DNA of 44,148 bases from a bacterium. Its GTDB lineage: Bacteria; SZUA-182; DTGQ01. The position numbers were made by a program, and so were the translations under genes. Position 1 is the first letter of the stretch. The number at the start of each line of letters is the position of its first letter. The DNA is taken from NCBI GenBank assembly GCA_040752695.1, contig JBFMGO010000001.1:1-44148 (forward strand), written 5' to 3'. The notes beneath the pieces are model-generated. The model saw only the letters and a program-made list of their open reading frames with translations, had not been told where the DNA came from and did not search any database. Below are positions 1-9,392 of the stretch, in pieces.

Positions 1-406
1 CATACTGCCTGCCCATAAAATTACGTACCGCCAATTTGCACATATGGTAGGCTCCTGAAAGATTTACATCAATGACTGCTTTCCAGTCAGATTCCTTCAT
101 CATGCCCAAGACTGCATCTTTGCGAATTCCAGCATTGTTAACCAAAATATGAAAGCCCTGATACCTGGCCTCCAGGTATTGATAAAATTTCTCCACCTGA
201 TGGTAATCCGCCACATCCACTGATTGAAAATCCATTTCGGAGGAGAATTCCCGGTTCTCATACAAAAATTGTTCGGTCGCAGCTTTGTTGGTATGATAGA
301 TTCCCACGATGCGTGCTCCGGAATGCAGGAAAGCCTCAGCTATGCTTTTGCCGATTCCTCTGCTGGCCCCGGATATTACGGCAACCTGTCCTGAAAAATC
401 AAACAT
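1..406 (-). CDS. fabG: 3-oxoacyl-ACP reductase FabG-like SDR (partial, runs off the left edge)
   Basis: Manual translation from ATG at 406 gives MFDFSGQVAVISGASRGIGK...ILVNNAGIRKDAVLGMMKESDWKAVIDVNLSG, with the SDR GxxxGIG and NNAG motifs. RBS TAAGGAG lies upstream. Not in the ORF track because it is truncated. Confidence 0.85.
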   Translation of the reverse strand, partial: MFDFSGQVAVISGASRGIGKSIAEAFLHSGARIVGIYHTNKAATEQFLYENREFSSEMDFQSVDVADYHQVEKFYQYLEARYQGFHILVNNAGIRKDAVLGMMKESDWKAVIDVNLSGAYHMCKLAVRNFMGRQY

Positions 407-440
407 TCATCACTCCTTAGTAATCGCTTGGGGACTCTCA

Positions 441-554
441 CTGATTGCTCGTTACTAGCAACTGGTTCCTGGCAATTGGCAATTAGCAATCAGATACTGG
501 CAATTGACAATTGGATACTGGCAACTGGTTATTGGTAACCGGTCACCCGCCACA
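441..554. repeat. Degenerate heptamer tandem repeat, consensus (C/T)TGGCAA, about 15 units
   Basis: ctagcaa ctggttc ctggcaa ttggcaa ttagcaa tcagata ctggcaa ttgacaa ttggata ctggcaa ctggtta ttggtaa ccggtca. Confidence 0.75.
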
Positions 555-563
555 CAGGGGCAC

Positions 564-2000
564 TCACCCACTCACGGCCACGCATCCACCTATGTATCTA
601 TCCACGTCATGAGCTGCAATCACGCCGTAATTGGCAGCCCCTAACCAGCCGGACATGATAATACCTACGGAACCGGTGTGGAACAGCCCTCCGATTTGTT
701 TTGGAAGGTCCATACTCACTTTCAATCCCTCGAATTTTGTTCCAAAGGATGCGCCCTTCACATGCAGAGCATACCGCCGGAAGGTCCTGGGAGTGGCCGC
801 CTCCGTATAATCAATCTTTTCCCGGACTCCTGGCAGGTATTTCTCAAGGCACTGAATCGTGACTTCTATCAATTTCTTTTTGGAAGCCTGATAGTCCACG
901 GGGGAAAGATGAGCCCAATCTTCATACAGGGCATTGGTTGAAGCCACAATCGTAAATCGATCGGACCCTGGCCGAATAGATGGATAATAGAAGGAAAAAG
1001 TCCTGCTTGTCGTAGCCTTGCTTCTGAGCTCTTTGGGATCAAATCTTGCCGCCTCCGAGGAAAAGAGCAGATCCCCTGCATAGTCGATCGTCTCCCCTTT
1101 TCGGATTCCCAGGTAGACCTGGCAACTGCTGTTATTCACCCGTACCTGCCTTGCACTTTCGAGAAACCCTTCGGGAAAATGCTCATCCCCCACCAGGTCA
1201 TGGATTGTTGACAAGAGGTTGGCATTGGACAAGACAGCCTTGCAGCGAATGGTTCGGCCATTCACGAGCACTGCGCATACCTTTTGATCCCTGATCAGGA
1301 TCTTTTCCACCAGACACTTTACCCCGATATCGGCTCCATTTTTCTCCAGTTCCGCCTGCATCTTGCGGATCAGTTGATCCGTGCCGCCCTGAAAAGTGAA
1401 CACTCCTTTACTCATAAAATTCGAAAACACAATGCCGTAGGTGATGGCAGGATCATCCAGATCCGAACCATTGGCATAGGTTATCGGCTCCATCAGCATG
1501 CGCATCACATCATCCCGGCCAGGGAAGAACTTTTCGAACAATTCCCTGGCGGTCATGGTCTGATCATCGAAAAAATCCATTTTCTGTACGGTTTGAAAAA
1601 AACCGGCAATCGCCTCCTTGGGGACGCCGAATCTTTCTTTGAGAATGCGGGTAAAGTCCTCGGTATCAAAGGTGGTAGAGAGAGAAAACTGAGGATTATC
1701 AAACCGGATTTCTTTCAATTGAACAATGGATTGGGCAATTTCCGGCGACCAGTATTTCCGGCAGGTTTTTATCATGCCTACGGGAAATCCGTGGAGAGAG
1801 ACATCGAAGATGTGCCCTCCTTTTCTGGCAAACCAGGTGGCCAATCCTCCCAGCTTGTCGTGCTGCTCAAGAAGCAGCACGGAGTATCCGCACCTGGCCA
1901 GACGGTTGGCCCCGGTTAGTCCGGCCAGACCGCTGCCGATGACGATGATATCGTACTCCGCCTTCTTATGCCGAATATCGTGAAGAGGATCTATAGTCAT
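564..2000 (-). CDS. FAD-dependent oxidoreductase, phytoene desaturase/all-trans-retinol reductase-like
   Basis: N-terminal [11 protein letters not shown]...[10 protein letters not shown] dinucleotide-binding motif and C-terminal ATPRTFRRY...GLFHTGS motif; co-oriented upstream of fabG. Confidence 0.8.
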   Translation of the reverse strand: MTIDPLHDIRHKKAEYDIIVIGSGLAGLTGANRLARCGYSVLLLEQHDKLGGLATWFARKGGHIFDVSLHGFPVGMIKTCRKYWSPEIAQSIVQLKEIRFDNPQFSLSTTFDTEDFTRILKERFGVPKEAIAGFFQTVQKMDFFDDQTMTARELFEKFFPGRDDVMRMLMEPITYANGSDLDDPAITYGIVFSNFMSKGVFTFQGGTDQLIRKMQAELEKNGADIGVKCLVEKILIRDQKVCAVLVNGRTIRCKAVLSNANLLSTIHDLVGDEHFPEGFLESARQVRVNNSSCQVYLGIRKGETIDYAGDLLFSSEAARFDPKELRSKATTSRTFSFYYPSIRPGSDRFTIVASTNALYEDWAHLSPVDYQASKKKLIEVTIQCLEKYLPGVREKIDYTEAATPRTFRRYALHVKGASFGTKFEGLKVSMDLPKQIGGLFHTGSVGIIMSGWLGAANYGVIAAHDVDRYIGGCVAVSG

Positions 2001-2228
2001 ACCCTTTCATGCTAATGCCGCTCATGAGCAATGTCCACGTATATACACTGCCTTACCTATCGCGGCCTTGTATAGCCCCTGCCTTTTTGTATAATCATTC
2101 CTTCGCCCCTCCCCTTTTTACAGCTTACCCTTTTAAAAAGGATTCATCCTTGATGAGGCAGATCTTTAAAGAGAGAGGAACAATTATAGTATATCCGGTA
2201 TAGCAAATCAAATAATTTCCTGTCCATA

Positions 2229-2257
2229 TTGACATATTTATCATATTCTTATACAGT
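2229..2257 (+). promoter_or_regulatory. Putative sigma-70 promoter for the TPR gene
   Basis: TTGACA-17 nt-TACAGT, 28 nt upstream of ATG 2286. Confidence 0.5.
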
Positions 2258-2285
2258 TAGAGACACGATGTAAAAAAGTCCAATA

Positions 2286-3440
2286 ATGAAAGAGGTTTTT
2301 TCGTTGAGCAAAAATGGATACCTGTTCGTTAAATCCAAAATCAGCATTGCCCGTGAGCTGCAGCGAAAGAGAAAGTATGCGGAAGCTGAAAGGGAAATAC
2401 AGGAGGCTCTTCAGGAATATCCGGATAATGGACTTTTGCTGAACTGTCTGGCTGAAATCTATGTGCGGCAAAAAAAATTCCAGGAGGCCGATCTTATCCT
2501 GGAAAGACAACTGCGGTCGAATCCGAACGACAGTTACACTCTGGGCCTTTTGGGTGAGCTTATGGCTCTGAAAGGGCTATACCAGGAGTCTTTGCCCTAT
2601 TTCGAGCAATCCTTAAGCCTCAAGGAAAGCAGTTACCTGTACTCCCGGTTTATCCGGGCCCTGCACCAGGCGGGGCAGGAAGAAAAGGCCCTGAACGTGG
2701 TCAATACCGCATTGGAATCCTACCCCCAGGACTCATACCTCCTGGAAGAGAAGGGAAAGGTCTTGAGAAAACTGAAAAAATTCCCCGAGGCTGCTCAAGT
2801 TTACGAAAAGGTTCTTAAGACCGCATCTGATGATTCCTTTGCCTACAAGGAATATATCAGAATCAAGACCTCAGGCAAGAATAATGAGGAACTCATCCGG
2901 GAACTGAAAGCTATCCTGAAAGTTTCCTCCAGAGCCGGCAATCCCCACCTGCATACCCTGCTCGGCGATACCTACAAGGCAGAGCGAAAGTACGAAGAGG
3001 CCATCCACGCCTATGAGCAGGCCCTGCGTCTTGCCCCTGACAACAACTACGTGCTCGGCCACCTGGGCTTTTGTTACTCAAAGCTGCAAAGATACGACGA
3101 GGCTCAAAAAGCCCTGCGCATCCCTTTTATGCATAACCCCACCAATGAATACCTGCGATCCGCCCTTATCTCGGCCTACAAGCGCACGGGCAATACTCCC
3201 GGCCTGATCGAAACCATCGAGGAGGCACTCCAGAAAAACCCCAAGGCTTACTCGTTGATCGGCATCCTGCGCAAGATCCAGAAGGAACAGGATGCTGCCA
3301 GGGAGCAGGAGAAAGAAAATGAGGATAAAGAGGAGGAGGAGGAAGAAGAAAAGATGCGCAAGAACAAGACCAGGAAGCAAGAAGGTGAGAAGAATGAGGA
3401 TGAGGAAAAAGAGCGGAACAAGAACGAGGGGCCTGGATGA
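2286..3440 (+). CDS. Tetratricopeptide repeat protein with charged (E/K-rich) C-terminal tail
   Basis: Repeated TPR patterns such as LGDTYKAERKYEEAIHAYEQALRLAPDN, and a poly-E tail. Confidence 0.85.
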   Translation: MKEVFSLSKNGYLFVKSKISIARELQRKRKYAEAEREIQEALQEYPDNGLLLNCLAEIYVRQKKFQEADLILERQLRSNPNDSYTLGLLGELMALKGLYQESLPYFEQSLSLKESSYLYSRFIRALHQAGQEEKALNVVNTALESYPQDSYLLEEKGKVLRKLKKFPEAAQVYEKVLKTASDDSFAYKEYIRIKTSGKNNEELIRELKAILKVSSRAGNPHLHTLLGDTYKAERKYEEAIHAYEQALRLAPDNNYVLGHLGFCYSKLQRYDEAQKALRIPFMHNPTNEYLRSALISAYKRTGNTPGLIETIEEALQKNPKAYSLIGILRKIQKEQDAAREQEKENEDKEEEEEEEKMRKNKTRKQEGEKNEDEEKERNKNEGPG

Positions 3441-3534
3441 GAAACCCAGGGCAGGGACATTTCCGTGACGAGAACCCCGGCTGATGAGAAACCCGGGGCA
3501 GGTACATTATCAGGTACATTGTAATGAGAAACCT
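3436..3534 (+). repeat. Short imperfect direct repeats in the intergenic region
   Basis: gatgagaaacccagggcagggacatt (3436) and gatgagaaacccggggcaggtacatt (3483); caggtacatt recurs at 3511 and atgagaaacc recurs at 3524. Confidence 0.7.
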
Positions 3535-4045
3535 CCTATTCGAAGATATCGAGTATAAGATCGATGAAACCCCTTTCGGTACATGGCGGCGGTTTGTCTA
3601 TCCCGATGGGCACCTTTTTGAAGAATTTACCTCCCACCGAAAAATGCTCGGCCTGCCTCTTGTGCACTACACCCGCGGCAAGTGTCCTGAGACAGGGAAA
3701 CGTATCGTTGCCAAAGGTATTATTGCCATAGGCAGGTTGGCCATGGGGGGGCTGGCTGTCGGCCATGCCTCAGGAGGGATTATTGCCATCGGGCAGTTGG
3801 GTTTGGGAATCCTGATCGGGATCGGGCAGGGCTCTACGGGTTTCTATGCAATCGGGCAACTGGCCATCGGAGTCCTTTTCGGACTCGGCCAGGTAGCGAC
3901 AGGATATATAGCGATCGGCCAGTTCGGCTTTGGCAGGTATGTATTAGCTCAGTTGGGGTACGGCCGCCATGTATGGGATGCGCGAGGAGCAACGCCGGCA
4001 GCCAGACGTTTTTTTCAACCACTGATGAACCGGCTTTTCAGATAA
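3524..4045 (+). CDS. Hypothetical protein with Gly-rich hydrophobic repeats (GxxAIG), probably membrane-associated
   Basis: 173-aa ORF with repeated AKGIIAIG, GGIIAIGQ, GFYAIGQ and GYIAIGQ units. Confidence 0.7.
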   Translation: MRNLLFEDIEYKIDETPFGTWRRFVYPDGHLFEEFTSHRKMLGLPLVHYTRGKCPETGKRIVAKGIIAIGRLAMGGLAVGHASGGIIAIGQLGLGILIGIGQGSTGFYAIGQLAIGVLFGLGQVATGYIAIGQFGFGRYVLAQLGYGRHVWDARGATPAARRFFQPLMNRLFR

Positions 4046-4213
4046 GAAACGGGTAAAAATATTCCTTAGTACAGGTCACTATAAACACGCGGCCAGATAG
4101 AACCATCAAGTAATTATGTTATGATTATGTAGGGATGGGGCTCTTTGCCCTGCCCCACCACAATACCATAACCACAGGATAAGGCGTAACTTCGGCAACG
4201 CGAGGCGCCCGCA

Positions 4214-4885
4214 TCACTTTAGCTCCCCGCCGTTAGGCCGGTCCAGAAGCAATCCCCTTACTTCCGTCACGGAACCGAGGACAAAATCTGCCTGACGGAG
4301 GTATTCTTTCGGCAGGGAGGTAGCTACGGCTATGCAGAGCATGCCTGCTTCCTTGGCTGACTGAATTCCATAGGGAGCGTTTTCGATCACTATGGCCTCA
4401 TCGGCCTTGAGGTTCAGACTCTCGATCGCCCTGAGGTAAGGGTCCGGTGCGGGTTTGCCCCGGCTTACGCTGTCTCCGGTGATGATCACCTCAAAAAGAC
4501 TGCTCAGCCGGGAAGGCAGGACGGATTCCACTTCGTTTTTGGAGGTTCCCGTAACCAGTCCTAACCGGTAGCCTTGCTGTTTAACCTCTTCGATCAGATT
4601 TTCAATTCCGTGAAACAGGCTGGGAGAGGCAATTTCTTTGAACAGGCTTTCTTTTTGCTGCAAAAGGTGTTGCCTCTCCTCAAGGGTCAGTTCTTTCCCA
4701 TATTGGGCCAAAAGTTCCAGCAAGGTCACCATGCCCGGCTCTCCCTCACGGCGGTAGATTTCGAATTCCTCCACCTCAATGCCTACGGATCGGAGGACCT
4801 GTTGCCAGGCGCGAAAGTGGTCAGGCATGGTATGCACAATGACCCCGTCCATATCGAATAAAACAGCCTTAGTTTTCCGAAACAC
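4214..4885 (-). CDS. HAD-family phosphatase (beta-phosphoglucomutase-like)
   Basis: Motif I FDMDGV, motif II LVTGT, motif III GKPAPDPY and motif IV IENAPYG. Confidence 0.9.
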   Translation of the reverse strand: MFRKTKAVLFDMDGVIVHTMPDHFRAWQQVLRSVGIEVEEFEIYRREGEPGMVTLLELLAQYGKELTLEERQHLLQQKESLFKEIASPSLFHGIENLIEEVKQQGYRLGLVTGTSKNEVESVLPSRLSSLFEVIITGDSVSRGKPAPDPYLRAIESLNLKADEAIVIENAPYGIQSAKEAGMLCIAVATSLPKEYLRQADFVLGSVTEVRGLLLDRPNGGELK

Positions 4886-4927
4886 CAGTCTTTACTCCTA
4901 ACCTTATATTTTTTAAGCGCATACTCT

Positions 4928-7900
4928 TTACCCTTTACTCCTTGTTCGCAACTGCCCTGGAACGGCACCGATTCTCACCCGCGTCTCCTCGCGTAAGGAA
5001 ACGGTGACCTTGCTCCTGTGCCGCCTTAAGAACCATTTTCTGCTCTCTTCCATGACCAGGATAATCGGGCCGAAGGTGAACAGGAGCATCCAGTCCTTCA
5101 GGCCGATAGGGGCCAGGCCGAAGACATTCTGGAAGAAAGGTACATACACGAAAATGAAAATAAGGGCGATTTCAGAGATGATACCGGCCAGAACGAGTTT
5201 ATTGCTGAAAAGTCCCACTTTAAAGACCGATTCCCGTTCGGTCCGGCAGCAAAAGACATTTCCGATCTGTACCGTGACAATTCCGGCCAGGCACATGGTA
5301 GTAGCCATAATGTACACCGGGCCGCTGGAAGCCATGGGCATCCCCCATTTCCATCCGTGAGTCCAGTAGAGAAAGTAGTAGGCCACCATACACAGGGTAG
5401 CCTGGATCAGTCCCAGGAACCCATAGGCTCTCAGGAAGAGCTTGCCATTGATCAGCCGCTCGCTCTGGGGCCGGGGAGGGCGCTTCATGGTGCCCGGCTC
5501 CGGTGCTTCCACTCCAAGGCCGAGGGCGGGAACAAGGTCCGTGCCAAGGTCTATGGCCAGGATCTGCATGACCGTCAGGGGAAGAGGGATTTTGAACATG
5601 ACGAAGAGGATAAAGGGAATAATCTCCGGCACATTGCTGGCGAAAATATAGGTTACAAACCGCTTGATATTGGCATAGACAGCCCGGCCTTCTTCGATGC
5701 CGGCCACGATACTGGCAAAATTATCGTCCGTGATAATCATGTTGGCCGCTTCCTTGGCCACATCGTTGGCATGCATCCCCAGGGCCACGCCGATGTCGGC
5801 TTTTTTCAGGGCCGGAGCGTCATTGACACCGTCTCCGGTCACGGCCACGATGAACCCTTCCTCTTTCAGGCAGGAAACAATCCGCATTTTCTGGTCCGGT
5901 GACATACGGGCGAAAATCACCGGCTCCTTGAGAATGGCCTTCAATTTCTTGTCATCCATATCGGCCAGGTCCTGACCGGTAACGACGTTGACTTTTTCCG
6001 GATCATCGATCATGCCGATCTTATGGGCAATGGATTTGGCGGTCAGGCCATAGTCTCCAGTGATCATGATTATTTTTATACCTGCCGTATGGCAGTCTTT
6101 GATAGCCTTGGGCACTTCAGGCCGGGGAGGATCGATCATGGCTGTGAGGCCAAGAAAGGTGAGGGATTTTTCCACGGTGTCGTTGCTGTACTGAGGCAGG
6201 GCCGATAAATCCTGGTCCTCGCGGCAGGCAACGGCCAGCACCCTGAGTCCTTCCCGTGCAAAAAGGTCATTCTGCTTGACAATCGACTTGCGTAGTTCCG
6301 GCGTCAGCTTCTTTTTCTGGCCATCGATCAGAATAGAATCGCACTGGGCCAGAGTCTCAAGGGGTGCTCCCTTGGTAAAGGCGATGGTTTTGCCATCTTC
6401 GGTTCTGTTGATTGTGGACATTCGTTTGCGGATCGATTCGAAAGGAAGGTGCCCGATCCTTTCATATTCCCGGGCCAGGGATTCGGTATCCACTCCTGCC
6501 TTTCTGGCCAGTACGATCAGGGAGCCTTCGGTGGGGTCGCCCATGATTTTCCAGTACTTTGTTTCCGAATCGGGGGAGGCAAGGTGAGCGTTATTGCACA
6601 GCACCGACGAGGTAAAAAACAGCCGGCAGGCGGGGTCCTGCAAAAGGTCCGAGGGTGCAATGAGCTGCCCTTTCTGGTCGCGGAATTCTCCTTTCGGCTC
6701 ATAGGAGATGCCGCTGACGCTGATCAGTTCCTGGTTGATGAACACCTTGCAGACACTGATCTGGTTCGTGGTCAGGGTCCCTGTTTTATCCGTGCAGATC
6801 ACATTGGTGCACCCCAGGGTTTCCACCGAGGAAAGCTGCTTGATCAAAACATGGCGCTTGGCCATTCTTTGCACGCCCATGGCCAGGGCCAGAGAGACCG
6901 TAGGCAGTAAACCTTCCGGAATATTGGCTACGATGATTCCTATGGTGAAAATGAAAGCTCCGACAACGGAAAGCCCTCCCAGGCCCTTTCCCAGGAAGAA
7001 AAAGAGAATGCCCATGCCGACAGCCAGACAGGAAATGATATTGACCATTTTATGCATTTCTTTTTGGAGCGGACTCAATTCTTTCTCTACGGACTGGGTC
7101 AGTTTGGCAATTTTACCGATTTCCGTATTCATCCCTGTTCCGATTACGACACCTTTACCATTCCCCGAGATAACCGAAGTTCCGGCGAAGATTACGTTCG
7201 GCAACTCGGTCCACAAAAGGACCGCTCCATCCTCGATGGGCTCGGACATTTTATAGATCGGCCTGGACTCTCCGGTCAGGGCCGCATTGTTGACCCGCAT
7301 TTCATGAGATCCAATCAGCCGCGCATCGACCGGGATGCTGTCCCCTTCCTCGAGAAAGATAATGTCGCCTGGTACCAGTTGTGAAGCGAGAACTTCGACC
7401 TTCTGGCCATTGCGGAGAATGGTGGATTTTGGGGGGAGGAGCTTTTGCAGTGCCTCGATGGCCTTTTCTGCCTTAAATTCCTGCCAGAAGGAAAATACCG
7501 CATTGATTATGATAACACAAAAAATTGCCCATCCCAATTGCGGCATGTCCACGCCTGGAATAAAGCACAATCCACCGCCAATCCAGAGGAGGATGGCAAA
7601 CAGAGAGGTAAAGTTTTTCAGGAATTTCACGTAGGTTGGAGTCTGCTTTATCCTTTTCAGAATATTGTAACCATAAATATCAAGCCGCCTTTGCGCCTCT
7701 TCCTGTGTCAGCCCGTCTTCCGAAGTCTGCAACTCCTGAAAAATACTGCCCTTGTCGAGATTTATATACCCATGTTTCCCCTTGTCCTCCTCGCTCACCA
7801 GGATCTGGTAAATCTTGTCCGGCGAGTCCGCCTTTTCAAGACGGGAGCGGAGCCGTTCATTTCCCAGTAAATTGGACACCTTGGCCAGAATCTGCAAGTG

Positions 7901-8242
7901 CGTGGTCGTCTGGTCGCTGGGCGTAATAAAGAGAAAGAATATCTTGCAGGGCTTTTCATCTATGGCCTTGCAGTCGAGTCCCTCTTTAACGACAGCCAGT
8001 CTGACCATAGGCTCCTTAAGGCCATCGAGCCGGATGTGGGGAATGGCGATGCCATTTCCTATTCCTGTGGACGAAACCGCTTCTCTTTCGAGAAGCTGTT
8101 GTATTATCTGCGGCTTGGCGATCGTTCCATTGCCGTTCAGGCTCAGCGATGGGGGGACGACCCGGGATAAAAGCTCCGGGAGATCTTTCACTTGAGAAAG
8201 ACAAAAGATTTTTTCTGAGCTTACTAACTCGTAAATTTTCAT
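4928..8242 (-). CDS. Cation-transporting P-type ATPase (P2C/Na,K-ATPase-like) with N-terminal PTS EIIA domain
   Basis: EIIA motif LLEREAVSSTGIGNGIAIPH; P-type motifs TGES, DKTGT, KGAP, MITGD and TGDGVND; membrane motifs VANIPEGL, SNVPEI and IDLGTD. Confidence 0.92.
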   Translation of the reverse strand: MKIYELVSSEKIFCLSQVKDLPELLSRVVPPSLSLNGNGTIAKPQIIQQLLEREAVSSTGIGNGIAIPHIRLDGLKEPMVRLAVVKEGLDCKAIDEKPCKIFFLFITPSDQTTTHLQILAKVSNLLGNERLRSRLEKADSPDKIYQILVSEEDKGKHGYINLDKGSIFQELQTSEDGLTQEEAQRRLDIYGYNILKRIKQTPTYVKFLKNFTSLFAILLWIGGGLCFIPGVDMPQLGWAIFCVIIINAVFSFWQEFKAEKAIEALQKLLPPKSTILRNGQKVEVLASQLVPGDIIFLEEGDSIPVDARLIGSHEMRVNNAALTGESRPIYKMSEPIEDGAVLLWTELPNVIFAGTSVISGNGKGVVIGTGMNTEIGKIAKLTQSVEKELSPLQKEMHKMVNIISCLAVGMGILFFFLGKGLGGLSVVGAFIFTIGIIVANIPEGLLPTVSLALAMGVQRMAKRHVLIKQLSSVETLGCTNVICTDKTGTLTTNQISVCKVFINQELISVSGISYEPKGEFRDQKGQLIAPSDLLQDPACRLFFTSSVLCNNAHLASPDSETKYWKIMGDPTEGSLIVLARKAGVDTESLAREYERIGHLPFESIRKRMSTINRTEDGKTIAFTKGAPLETLAQCDSILIDGQKKKLTPELRKSIVKQNDLFAREGLRVLAVACREDQDLSALPQYSNDTVEKSLTFLGLTAMIDPPRPEVPKAIKDCHTAGIKIIMITGDYGLTAKSIAHKIGMIDDPEKVNVVTGQDLADMDDKKLKAILKEPVIFARMSPDQKMRIVSCLKEEGFIVAVTGDGVNDAPALKKADIGVALGMHANDVAKEAANMIITDDNFASIVAGIEEGRAVYANIKRFVTYIFASNVPEIIPFILFVMFKIPLPLTVMQILAIDLGTDLVPALGLGVEAPEPGTMKRPPRPQSERLINGKLFLRAYGFLGLIQATLCMVAYYFLYWTHGWKWGMPMASSGPVYIMATTMCLAGIVTVQIGNVFCCRTERESVFKVGLFSNKLVLAGIISEIALIFIFVYVPFFQNVFGLAPIGLKDWMLLFTFGPIILVMEESRKWFLRRHRSKVTVSLREETRVRIGAVPGQLRTRSKG

Positions 8243-8490
8243 AATACCTGCCTTCCTTCAGATTTGCAGCGGCTCAAGATGAAAATCAAGCTGCAAACAG
8301 AAAGTAAAATTATAGCACAGATGTCATATGTTTTGAACAGGGTCTTTATCTATTATGTATCGCATACTTGAGGCGCTTCCTCCTCCATAATTGTCAAAAA
8401 ATCTTCTCTCGATGGCCTTTTTATCACGAGAGGCCGGTTCTTATCCTTAATTTTGAGGAAAGATAGGATTTTTTAATAGGTAAGAATAAA

Positions 8491-8506
8491 AGCAAGAAAT
8501 GTGCCA
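8491..8506 (-). promoter_or_regulatory. Sigma-54 (-24/-12) promoter upstream of the EIIA-ATPase/HAD genes
   Basis: The minus strand reads TGGCAC-ATTTC-TTGCT, a full match to TGGCAC-N5-TTGCW, about 250 nt upstream of ATG 8242 and in the same orientation. Confidence 0.7.
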
Positions 8507-9062
8507 TCTTTTAAATATTCAAAAAATCAGGCAAAAGAATTCGTTATTTTGTGAACAACCAAAGGATCGGGAACACCCGCTTCACTCTTGTTAACTCCCA
8601 CCTCCGAACTTTGACTTCTCCGGTATGGAAAAAGAGTGGATGTTGGCATCCGTCAGGTCGAATTCTCGTTGATATATACTACGGATACTTTGATAAACAA
8701 TGAGTTATGAAGGGTGTCAGCCTTTTATCATCTGCCTGATTTTTGGCAGGGATGACAACATATCCAGTGCCAGGGGCGTAAGGACTGAATCAGAAAGTCG
8801 TCTAAAAAATTAGAGTGTTTTCAGTACAGATCATAGCATACTATATCTTTAATTATTGTACTATTTATGAGGTCATAAGATGAGCACAGTAAATGTAATT
8901 CGATTAAAATCGCGTATGGATCGGGAGATCAGCCGGTGCATAGCCTCATCTATTATCAGCAATGTAGTCTACGCTTCTCTCAAAAGAGAGCAGATTTCAC
9001 AGCGATACCTGAGGCTTATGCAGGCAGCTATGCGGAAAAGGTAGCCCTTGAATTACCAGCCT

Positions 9063-9157
9063 TTTTCGAAAACCCGCCCCTTTTCGAAAACCCGCAAAAA
9101 ACTCACCCTCTTGCCCAAGTGTGGGCAAGAGGCTGCCGACCGAACAAAAGGCAGCCA
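9063..9157. repeat. Cluster of direct and inverted repeats in the intergenic region
   Basis: ttttcgaaaacccgc occurs twice (from about 9063 and 9081); 11-bp hairpin cctcttgccca-agtg-tgggcaagagg (9107-9132); overlapping hairpin ggctgcc...ggcagcc. Confidence 0.65.
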
Positions 9158-9392
9158 CTCCTCATCATCAAGCCCGCAGTCACTCATGAGTGGTGACACC
9201 TCCCGGAAAGAGCAGTAATTATCCTCTTTTCTTCCTCCAATTTTAAGTATTTTAAATGCTTAAATTCAGTTGGATGGTTTATTGAAAACCTGCCGATTAT
9301 TTTATATCATTACATCAATATATCGTTATAACGATGTCCACTTATCGTATTCGGTTATCAACCGAGCATTTAAAAGGAGGTGCTTGCGAGGA

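Noticed and set aside
8936..9196. 86-aa intergenic ORF
   Set aside because: It has no RBS or recognisable motif and spans the repeat/hairpin cluster.
9270..9392. ORF-track N-terminal extensions (also 12196, 13716, 22620 and 24986)
   Set aside because: RBS, promoter position, signal peptides or gene overlaps support downstream starts.
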